Shown: positions 15,118 through 23,179 of the stretch, piece after piece
How positions within the stretch are numbered: position 1 is the stretch's first letter
Layout: each line of letters opens with the position of its first letter
Origin: Hyphomicrobiales bacterium
Lineage (GTDB): Bacteria; Pseudomonadota; Alphaproteobacteria; Rhizobiales; NORP267
Assembly (NCBI GenBank): GCA_021775855.1
Contig: JAJFGZ010000006.1
Location: 3,761 to 67,760, forward strand
Direction: 5' to 3'
DNA length: 64,000 nucleotides
Made by a program: the position numbers and the translations under genes
The notes under the pieces: generated by a model
The model's database searches: none
What the model was told of the DNA's origin: nothing
What the model saw: only the letters and a program-made list of their open reading frames with translations

Positions 15118-16500
15118 ATGAACGCATTGGACACGGCCAGGGCCAGGTATCGGGCCAACAGTGTCAGATGGGGTTATATCTGGGCGCTGTGGTGCGCTGT
15201 TTTGTGGGGCATCTGGTATATTCCAGGCACCGCGCTGTGGAGCGAGGCGCCCTACAGCACTATGAGTTTCGATACTACGGGCGAGTTATTGCTCAGCGCT
15301 GCCGTGATAACCGCGTTTAGCGCCGTCAGCGTGCTGATTTTCCTGTTTATATGGCTGGCGGTGCTGGAGAAATTTGGCGAATTCCGGCGAACCGTGAAAC
15401 GATTTTCTTCGATCTCCAAATGGTATTTTTTGGCTGCCATTTTTGGCGGTCCTTGTGCTCTTTTCGGGGCTTACCTTGCTATCGGATTTGTAGGGCCGAT
15501 CTTTGCGGCCGTCGCCTCGCTGCTTTACCCTATTGTCGGGGCTACGCTTGCCCGATTGTGGTACAATGAGATCATTACCCAGCGTGCTGCCATCGGCATC
15601 GGCTTGATCGTTACCAGCGGCATTGCGATCTTTTTGCCCGGGTTATTCTCTGAATCCGCCGGTGCCGGAGATACAGCGTGGATCGGCTATCTCGGCGGTG
15701 CTGTGTCGGCAATTGGGTGGGGGTTTGAGGGCGCAATTGTCGGTCGCGCACTCGATGTATCCGACGCCGATGTTGGCATTACCATTCGTTTTACCGCCGA
15801 GGTCCTGTTCTGGGTTTTTCTGATACTCCCCGCCGCGGTAATATTTTTTGACGCCCCTGTTATCCCTGTGGCGTTGGCAACGTTTAATTTTTGGGCCATC
15901 ATCTGGGTCTTGCTCGCAGGCCTCAGTTATGGGTTTTCCTATGTTGCCTGGTATAAATCGTTCCCGCTGATCGGCGTTGGGCGCGGGCAGGCAATCGCTG
16001 CGCTGCATACTGTTTTTGCAGTTGTCTTCCTCGCCGTTTTTGCTTTTCAATTCCCGAGCTGGAATTTTCTTGTCGGACTGGCGCTCGCCGTGGCGGGCAC
16101 TTTTTTAATGGTCAGTGAAGATAGCAAGGTAGTCGAAGTGGTGCGACAGCCTCCTGCAAAAGAATTGACGGCCCGCACTCGCAGAAACAAGACTGCGTGT
16201 GTGTCGAAGGGTGGCCTGCACATGAAAGGTTACATATTGAGATTGCTGATGGAAGCCGGAGAGTCAGGGGTCTGGGATTACGAGATCATGACTTCGGTAT
16301 TTGCCGAATATGGTTACAGCGGAAGCTATTGGAAGGGCGAAGTTCGCGCTACCCTGACAGATCTTTATTCAGGTGCGCTGATCGAGGAAATAGAAGACGA
16401 TCTCGATGATGGCGGGTCATTTGGAATTGGTAAGATCCTGATAAAATTCAGGATAAGCGCATTTGGCACCCAGCGCATTGCCGAAACCGGCCTGATATGA
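15118..16500 (+). CDS. DMT-superfamily permease resembling methanogen MttP, with a fused ~90-aa soluble C-terminal domain
   Basis: About 10 hydrophobic segments; WALWCAVLWGIWYIPGT, GWGFEGAI, WYKSFPLIGVGRGQ match my recollection of MttP; hydrophilic domain from in-frame ATG 16222. Confidence 0.75.
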   Translation: MNALDTARARYRANSVRWGYIWALWCAVLWGIWYIPGTALWSEAPYSTMSFDTTGELLLSAAVITAFSAVSVLIFLFIWLAVLEKFGEFRRTVKRFSSISKWYFLAAIFGGPCALFGAYLAIGFVGPIFAAVASLLYPIVGATLARLWYNEIITQRAAIGIGLIVTSGIAIFLPGLFSESAGAGDTAWIGYLGGAVSAIGWGFEGAIVGRALDVSDADVGITIRFTAEVLFWVFLILPAAVIFFDAPVIPVALATFNFWAIIWVLLAGLSYGFSYVAWYKSFPLIGVGRGQAIAALHTVFAVVFLAVFAFQFPSWNFLVGLALAVAGTFLMVSEDSKVVEVVRQPPAKELTARTRRNKTACVSKGGLHMKGYILRLLMEAGESGVWDYEIMTSVFAEYGYSGSYWKGEVRATLTDLYSGALIEEIEDDLDDGGSFGIGKILIKFRISAFGTQRIAETGLI

Positions 16501-16518
16501 AGATGAAGGGGAGCAGAC

Positions 16519-16629
16519 ATGTCTGATTTCTGGGGATTTGAATATGCGCACCTATGGGCCATCGGCCTGATAATTGTCCTTGCCGGAATTTGCCTCTATC
16601 TGGCCCGATCTTGGGGGGCAAAACTATAG
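16519..16629 (+). CDS. Small single-TM protein (36 aa), below the ORF-track cutoff
   Basis: SD aaggggag; MSDFWGFEYAHLWAIGLIIVLAGICLYLARSWGAKL; 18 nt after the permease stop. Confidence 0.5.
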   Translation: MSDFWGFEYAHLWAIGLIIVLAGICLYLARSWGAKL

Positions 16630-16630
16630 T

Positions 16631-16738
16631 GGTATGGTCACGTTAACTTGGTGACCTATCACTGATTGATCTGCCATGATGTTGGACGATGAAATTCTCA
16701 TACATCCGAGACCGTTTTTCACCCGTGATTATTCAGAA
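16631..16738 (+). mobile_element. IS6-family left-end remnant
   Basis: IR-like GGTATGGTCACGTTAA, then MKFSYIRDRFSPVIIQ (IS6 transposase N-terminus), cut off by the next IS. Confidence 0.6.
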
Positions 16739-17544
16739 GGGACTGTCACGTTAAGCGATTGCGGTCGAGTGCAATTGGGCTGTTGGCCAAGGTTAGGCAG
16801 CCGCTGTCAAATTCCATCCACACATTCATTGCTTCTACGCGAAACTGACGCATGATCTGTCTGGAAATCAGGTGACGTCGAATATTGAAAGTGTTGTAGA
16901 TGGCGGCGTGAGTGCAGAGAAATAGTTATGCTGATCTGGACGACTTGAACCGTTTCATTCGTCGTTCTCGTTGTCGAATGGACAAATGGAAATTCTCCGT
17001 CCGATTGTTCTATCTGTCACCAAAATCATGAAGGCTGGACAGGCCTGACCCTCTCAAAGCAGCACCGCAAGACAGTAGTTTATCGGTCACGGTTGCGTCC
17101 GGAACTCAACCCTGGGCTTTCAATAATTTACGCATCAGCTTGAGGGCGGCCTGCTTGTTTCTCCTGGATTGAACCAGAATACCCAGTACTTCACCTCCAC
17201 TATCGACAGCCCGCCAGAGATATTTTCGATTACCATTGATCGAGACGAACTTGTCGTCCTGATGCCATCGGTCATCTGGGCGAGGGCGCTTTCGCCCCAA
17301 TTTATGTGCACAAATTTGGCCGAACTTGAGAGCCCAACGCCGAGCGGTTTCATATGTAACGTCGACACCGCGCTCAGCCATCAAATCCTCGACATCCCGG
17401 AAGCTGAGCGGGAACCGGAAATACAGCCAAACGGCATACCGGATGATAGAAGTGGGAAAACGGTGTCGAGTGTAGGAGATATTTTGCATTCGACGATGTA
17501 ACTGATCTGTCGAACACCAGTCACCAAGTTACCGCGGCAGTATC
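16739..17544 (-). mobile_element. Degenerate IS6-family element (transposase pseudogene)
   Basis: Ends GGGACTGTCACGTTAA / GATACTGCCGCGGTAA; ORF 17106-17489 RHRFP...AVWLYFRFPLSFRDVEDLMAERG...YLWRAVD continues past in-frame stops into NNRTENFHLSIRQRERRM. Confidence 0.85.
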
Positions 17545-17731
17545 GCTCATACAGTGCGGCAATTAAGGTCACCAGGAATGCGCGGCTCCAAGAGACTGTT
17601 CGCTGGCTGAACAACTGAGCAAAAACTCACATCAACCGCTCGCAGGCGCTTGCCGGATGGCGGCAGCACATCGCCTGATAGAAGTCGAGATGCGGCTTGG
17701 TTTGCCTAAACAATTTTCCTCTGACAATGCC
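17545..17731 (+). mobile_element. IS6-family right-end remnant (second subtype) with internal deletion
   Basis: RSYSAA...RWLNN*AKNSHQP jumps to SQALAGWRQHIA*; IR TTCCTCTGACAATGCC at 17716-17731. Confidence 0.75.
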
Positions 17732-17850
17732 ATCAAGACAGCAAGGCGGATTATCTCGGGCGTAGTCTTGAAATAGCGGAAGGGGTTTCTCCTGCTCGAA
17801 GGCTACGAGGCGCGCAAGGCCGGTTCAAGGAACTGTCCTCTGACAAAGCT
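17732..17850 (-). mobile_element. IS6-family left-end remnant (second subtype)
   Basis: Minus strand ...TTGTCAGAGGA...gagaaaccccttccgctatttcaagactacgcccgagataatccgccttgctgtcttgatg matches the 5' end of the element at 28220. Confidence 0.7.
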
Positions 17851-17867
17851 CCCAGATGAGACATAAA

Positions 17868-18248
17868 TCAGGATATCGCGGGTCGTTTTCGAGAGGCTGC
17901 TTCTTCTGCCTGCTTGAGGTGGCGCGGCAACATGTACGTCTCGCCCCATTTTCTCAATTCCTCCAGCATCGGAGAAAGCGTGCCGCCGAGTTCGGTCAAG
18001 GAATATTCTACCTTCGGGGGGACCTGCGCATAAACTTTCCGCGCTATCAAGCCGTCCCGCTCAAGTTCTCTCAACTGGTTGGTCAACATTCTTTGGGTGA
18101 CGTTGGGCAGGCGGCGCTGCAGCTCGCCAAAGCGCATAATGTCTTCGGAAAGCAAGGCTAGAAGCACCGGCTTCCATTTTCCGCCGATCGCGTCGAGCGC
18201 GGCCTGGACTGGACAGGTGATGTAATGTTCGCGTCGATTTTGGCGCAT
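17868..18248 (-). CDS. HxlR/DUF24 (YodB/QsrR-like) redox-sensing winged-helix regulator
   Basis: TCPVQAALDAIGGKWK with N-terminal Cys; MRFGELQRRLPNVTQRMLTNQLRELERDGL; VPPKVEYSLT; ATG 18248 preferred. Confidence 0.9.
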   Translation of the reverse strand: MRQNRREHYITCPVQAALDAIGGKWKPVLLALLSEDIMRFGELQRRLPNVTQRMLTNQLRELERDGLIARKVYAQVPPKVEYSLTELGGTLSPMLEELRKWGETYMLPRHLKQAEEAASRKRPAIS

Positions 18249-18265
18249 GGTATAACTCCAATAGG

Positions 18266-18282
18266 ATACTTTTCTATAGTAT
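18266..18282. promoter_or_regulatory. YodB/CatR-type operator
   Basis: ATACT-N7-AGTAT between the divergent regulator and qor. Confidence 0.6.
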
Positions 18283-18371
18283 ATACAAAAATTGTGTGTA
18301 CTTGGCAATTATAACCATACTTGCTAGCTCTTTCGAAGTTGCGGAAAGCGATCTTCGAAAGGGTAAATGCG

Positions 18372-19367
18372 ATGGTCATGGCTGCGGTCATTCATGAAAA
18401 AGGGGAGCCGGACGTATTCCGGTGGGAGGAGATTACCGTCGGTTCTCCGGGTGACGACGAGGTGCTCATCAGGAATAGCGCAATCGGCGTCAACTATGTT
18501 GATACCTATCACCGTCGAGGTCTACCGCATCCGTGGCCGGTTCCACCTTTGCCTGTGGTGCTCGGCTTTGAGGGTGTTGGTATCATCGAGGCAGTTGGAA
18601 GAGGCGTGGTGGGTTTTGGACCGGGAGACCGGGTCGGATATGCCCTGCCGCCGCATGGGTCTTATGCTCAAAAACGCCTTTATCCCGCTGAGAAACTGGT
18701 CCCCGTGCCTGACGGCATCAGCGACCAAGTGGTCGCGGCCGTTCTTCTCAAAGGGTTGACCGCTCAGTATTTATTGCGCCGCACATACCGGGTAAGTCCA
18801 GGTGATGTCATACTTGTTCATGCTGCGGCAGGCGGCATGGGATTGATTTTGTGCCAATGGGGCAAGCTTCTTGGCGCGACGGTTATCGGTACGGTCAGCA
18901 ATGACGAGAAGGCCGAATTGGCTCGAAGGAACGGGTGTGATGTGCCGATCGTTTTGGGCCAGGAAGATTTTGTGGCAACGGTCAAAAATGTGACCGATGG
19001 GCTCGGTTGCGATGTCGTATATGAATCGATCGGCAAGGATACATTTCGGCGATCGCTTGAATGTTTGCGGCCAATGGGGATGCTGGTTAGTTACGGACAT
19101 GCGTCCGGCGCTCCTGATCCAGTCGACGTGATCCAGGACCTTGGCGCGAGCGGCTCTCTGTTCGTCACCCGCCCCACATTGATGCATTATATGGCGGCCC
19201 ATGATGACCTTATGACCAGCGCCAGGGAACTTTTCGAGGTAGTCCAAAGCGGCGGGGTCAAGGCACATGTCGGGAGTGTCTATCGCTTGCGTGACGTCGC
19301 GGAGGCGCACCAGGCAATCGAAAATCGTCGTACAAGCGGATCAACTATCCTGCTGCCGTTCGAGTGA
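18372..19367 (+). CDS. qor: NADPH:quinone oxidoreductase (zeta-crystallin/Qor family)
   Basis: AIGVNYVDTYHRRG, LGFEGVG, LLKGLTAQYLL, VHAAAGGMG, YGHASG, GSLFVTRPTL, SGSTILLP. Confidence 0.9.
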   Translation: MVMAAVIHEKGEPDVFRWEEITVGSPGDDEVLIRNSAIGVNYVDTYHRRGLPHPWPVPPLPVVLGFEGVGIIEAVGRGVVGFGPGDRVGYALPPHGSYAQKRLYPAEKLVPVPDGISDQVVAAVLLKGLTAQYLLRRTYRVSPGDVILVHAAAGGMGLILCQWGKLLGATVIGTVSNDEKAELARRNGCDVPIVLGQEDFVATVKNVTDGLGCDVVYESIGKDTFRRSLECLRPMGMLVSYGHASGAPDPVDVIQDLGASGSLFVTRPTLMHYMAAHDDLMTSARELFEVVQSGGVKAHVGSVYRLRDVAEAHQAIENRRTSGSTILLPFE

Positions 19368-19479
19368 ACTGGCGGCCAATTGTGGTTGTCTGAATTAGTC
19401 CAACAATATTCAGTCTCGGGTGGTGAATCTTGCAAATCCCGCGAGAAGTGACAGTCAAAAAGTTTAGGGAGATGCGTCT

Positions 19480-21111
19480 ATGGGTGAACAAAAGACGATA
19501 GCAACGGATGTTCTCGTGATCGGCGGTGGCGCGGCTGGCAACGCGGCAGCATTAACCGCCTCTGAAGCCGGCGTCAGGGTTACACAATTATACAAGGGGC
19601 CAGCAACGTCAGCGATTTCGACTGGGTTTCTGACTTTTCCCGTGGAAGACCGGTTCGATCGCGCTCAGCTTGAAGATTCGTTGCTCAACGTTACCGGAAA
19701 AGGGTTGTGTGACCGTGCGTTGATGAACCGTTTCCTTGCTGAAAGTCCGAAAGAAATAGAGGCCGCCATCGCGCAATACGGGATTCCGGTTGACGATGTT
19801 CCTCGCGGAGTGCGTGCGCGGCGCGCTATTGGGCGACGTGGCAGGGAGCTTGTGGGCGAGGATTATAGTGTCGAGGGGGTCAACGACATGACGTCCGTGG
19901 TGATGGAATTTTCCGCGACCCATGGAACTTCCCTTTTTTCTGGTAGTCTTAAGGCGGTTTTGGCGGAATCAATCCAACGCATCAAAGGCGCGGCGCTCAA
20001 AATATCGCCCGACGGATCATCCGTTGTTGCGTTGATTGAAGGTGAATTTGTCTGGATTTCCGCGAATGCCGTTATTCTGGCGACCGGCGGGGTTCAAGGC
20101 CTTTATGAATTCACGGACAATCCACCAAGTCTGATTGGCGATGGCCACACGATGGCGCTGGAAGCCGGTGCGGCTTTGACAGATATGGAGTTCATTCAGT
20201 TCTACCCGCTCGCGCTTGCCGAGGAGGGCGCTCCGGCGATTTTCATCTACCCGGATTTTCCGCCCGGGGGGCGCATCGTCAACGGTGCGGGAATAGACAT
20301 TCTGCAGAAGCATTTCGACGGGGCTAAAACTCTGGGAGAATTCGATAACTGGGACTATTTGTCGGTCATCCTGCAGCAGGAGATCATGACAGGGCAGGAT
20401 GTCTATATCGATTTTTCCGGTACCGATCCGGGCGAATGGAATGTTAGTTCGCTGACAAAGCTGTTTCTCGACAAATATGCCCCGGATTACATGAAGCGGG
20501 TGATCCGGGTTTCACCCATTGCGCACTACACGATCGGTGGGGTGCGTACGAATGCCGAATGCGAAACTGCTGTGGCCGGTCTCTATGCAGTTGGCGAGGT
20601 GGCTGGGGGGTTGCACGGCGCAAATCGTCACGGAGGCGTTGCCCTGGCCGAGAGCGTAACTTTCGGGCGGATCGCGGGTCGGAACGCTGCCGCGCGGGTT
20701 AAACGGCATGATCCAGCGCCATTTATTGATGATTCATTTGAACAGAACAAATCAGGCAGAGCGTTCGATCCCAGAGATGTCATGCCTGCTTTGCGCCGAC
20801 TGTGTCAGACCGCGCTGGGACCGCTACGCGATGGCTCTGACCTCAGGGTGATGGAGCGGAAGCTGGTTGAATTGGGTGATGAAGCGGAGGAATTCGGTTG
20901 GGACTATCCTTCAGAATATGCCGCCATTTTAGCCTACAAGCGATCATTGATGCTGACCGGAATCATGCGACGTTTTATGCTAAACCGGGCAGAAAGCCGA
21001 GGTGTTCATTTCCGCCGCGACTATCCGGAAGTTAGCAACGAATGGCTGGTGAAGCAGGTGATGATTTTAGGCGATGACAAAAAGCCGATTTTCGAGAATG
21101 TGCCAGTATAA
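19480..21111 (+). CDS. FAD-binding oxidoreductase of the NadB/SdhA/FrdA flavoprotein family with non-canonical active site
   Basis: DVLVIGGGAAG, VILATGG, GDGHTMALEAGA, DMEFIQF, HYTIGG, GLYAVGE, HGANR, RAESRGVHFRRDYP; QFHPT replaced by QFYPL. Confidence 0.8.
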   Translation: MGEQKTIATDVLVIGGGAAGNAAALTASEAGVRVTQLYKGPATSAISTGFLTFPVEDRFDRAQLEDSLLNVTGKGLCDRALMNRFLAESPKEIEAAIAQYGIPVDDVPRGVRARRAIGRRGRELVGEDYSVEGVNDMTSVVMEFSATHGTSLFSGSLKAVLAESIQRIKGAALKISPDGSSVVALIEGEFVWISANAVILATGGVQGLYEFTDNPPSLIGDGHTMALEAGAALTDMEFIQFYPLALAEEGAPAIFIYPDFPPGGRIVNGAGIDILQKHFDGAKTLGEFDNWDYLSVILQQEIMTGQDVYIDFSGTDPGEWNVSSLTKLFLDKYAPDYMKRVIRVSPIAHYTIGGVRTNAECETAVAGLYAVGEVAGGLHGANRHGGVALAESVTFGRIAGRNAAARVKRHDPAPFIDDSFEQNKSGRAFDPRDVMPALRRLCQTALGPLRDGSDLRVMERKLVELGDEAEEFGWDYPSEYAAILAYKRSLMLTGIMRRFMLNRAESRGVHFRRDYPEVSNEWLVKQVMILGDDKKPIFENVPV

Positions 21112-21137
21112 CCTGAACGCCAATAGCCTGGAAACTC

Positions 21138-21215
21138 GGGACTATTCAACTCGCTACTTAGGATTTTGCTGATTGATAGACCTTGCCACCCCGGTCAAGT
21201 TCCTCTGACAATGCC
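21138..21215. mobile_element. IS end debris (IS3-type end and IS6 inverted repeat)
   Basis: gggactattca at 21138-21148 resembles the IS3 end; TTCCTCTGACAATGCC at 21200-21215. Confidence 0.55.
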
Positions 21216-21237
21216 GCATACGCTCAAGCCAGTGCCT

Positions 21238-22195
21238 TGAATAGCCCGAGTTTTCTAGACGCCTTCGGTCCTCGTTTCCTTCTGCCGTTCGAAATCGACG
21301 GGAGACAGCATCCGGTTTCTCACATGTTTGCGCTTCGGATTATAGAACACCTCAATGTAGTCGAACACATCCTGCCGGGCTTCGGGGCGGGTCTTGTAGG
21401 CCCTACGCCGGATCCGTTCACGTTTCAGCAGGTTGAAGAAGCTCTCGGCCACGGCATTATCGTGACAATTCCCGCGTCGGCTCATTGAATGTTCCAGTCC
21501 ACGTCGAACTGCCGATCGAGCGTATTGTCAACAATTATAGACGGCTTCCCACCATAGCTGCCAGGACGGCGCTTGTAGCCGATCTGGGCCTTGATACCCG
21601 CCAAACTGGCCAGGCGTGCGGCCCGGTTCGGGCAGCATGTCTCGCCCTGATCGAGAAGATCGTCGTGGAGTTTACGGTAGCCATACACCTTCCCGCTGTC
21701 TGCCCATGCCTTCCGGATGAGTGCGGTCTGGCGAGCATCTTCCCGGGCTCGCTTGCTCAGCGGATTCTTGAGCCAGGCGTAGAAGCCGCTCGGATGGGTG
21801 CGCAGACAGCGACACATCGCACGCACCGAGAACAGCGGGCGATGCTCGGCAATGAACGCGTATCTCATTTTGCATCCCTGGCGAAATACGCGGTGGCTTT
21901 TTTTGGGTGTCACGCTCCTCGGTGACCCTGGTCAGTTCACGCTTCAATCGTCTGATCTCTGCGGCCTGATCATCATCACTGCCGTCAGACGGCTTTGAGA
22001 GCTTCTTCTTCCACGCATAAAGTGAGTGTTGACTAACACCCAGGCGCTTTGAGACCTCCGCAACCGGATATCCCCGTTCGGTAATCTGGTGCACCGCATC
22101 ACGTTTGAAATCGTCGCTGAATTTGACTTTGCCCATAGTGGCCTCCTTGCCTCATTTTTAGGCAAGAAGGTGTCTACAATTCTAGGGGCTATTCA
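21238..22195 (-). mobile_element. IS3-family element with internal deletion in orfB (non-autonomous)
   Basis: TG...CA ends, IRs TGAATAGCCC-N-TAGAC-N-CCTT; orfA MGKVKFSDDFKRDAV; A7G frameshift window (T run 21898-21904); orfB jumps from LDRQFDVD to LEHSMSRRGNCHDNAVAESFF. Confidence 0.88.
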
Positions 22196-22473
22196 ACCGG
22201 TCGTTGGCTCAACAATCAAGCCGAAAACTCACATCAACCGTTTCGACGAAGAGAACGAGTGATGGCGAGATTGCGAAATACTAAAACACTTCAGAAATTC
22301 ACTTCGATCCATGCCTCAATCCACAATCACTTCAACCATAACCCTCGTCTAAATCGCCGTGATCGCTTCAAGGAAAACCGTTCACAGGCTCTCACCGAAT
22401 GGCGGCAGCTTATCGCCTGATAGAAGTCGAGATGCGGCTTGGCTCGCCTTAATATTTTTCCTCTGACAATGCC
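22196..22473 (+). mobile_element. IS6-family right-end fragment
   Basis: WLNNQAENSHQPFRRRERVM...EWRQLIA*; IR at 22458-22473; related to but not identical with 28760-29027. Confidence 0.8.
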
Positions 22474-22555
22474 ATTTCTGCACAGGTGCATAATTATTGA
22501 TTGATTAATTCGTTCGAACGAATTATATTAAAGAGAACCAGACATTCGAGGTGAC

Positions 22556-23179
22556 ATGGAACAACAAACAGCATCTGAACCAACCCCAACCAAAGTGGTG
22601 CTTTTGGAAGCGGCAAAGCTGGTTTTGCTGACAGAGGGGTATTCAGGCCTTTCAACACGGGCGATTGCTGCAGCCGCCAGCACGCAGATGAGCCAGATTC
22701 GCTATCACTTTGGCTCAAAAGAGGGGATCGTGTTGGCACTTCTCACCTATATGACCGATCAGTTGCTCGAGCGACAAACTGACCTGTTTACCGATCCCAA
22801 TATGGCGCTGTCGACGAAATGGGAGGTTGCCTGTGACTATCTCGACGCAGATATAAAATCGGGTTATGTGCGGGTGCTGCAAGAGTTGATTGCAGTGGGA
22901 TATTCTAATCCAGATGTGAATAAATCGGTTCGCAAAGGCCTGACGCTTTGGCGTGATCTGCATACTCGGCTCGCCAAAGAATTTTCCAAAACTTATGGAT
23001 CGCTGGGGCCGTTTGAGTCGGAAGATTTGGCGGCACTGGTCGGCCCGCTGTTCATCGGGGCGGAAGCGTACATTCTGCTGGGTTGCGAAAATGAGTTGAC
23101 GCCGGTGCGCCGGGCGCTGCGCCGCCTTGGCAATGTGATCCGATTCTTTGAAAACCCACCGAAGGTGGAGGCAGAATAA
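22556..23179 (+). CDS. TetR/AcrR-family transcriptional regulator
   Basis: LLEAAKLVLLTEGYSGLSTRAIAAAASTQMSQIRYHFGSKEG HTH. Confidence 0.88.
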   Translation: MEQQTASEPTPTKVVLLEAAKLVLLTEGYSGLSTRAIAAAASTQMSQIRYHFGSKEGIVLALLTYMTDQLLERQTDLFTDPNMALSTKWEVACDYLDADIKSGYVRVLQELIAVGYSNPDVNKSVRKGLTLWRDLHTRLAKEFSKTYGSLGPFESEDLAALVGPLFIGAEAYILLGCENELTPVRRALRRLGNVIRFFENPPKVEAE

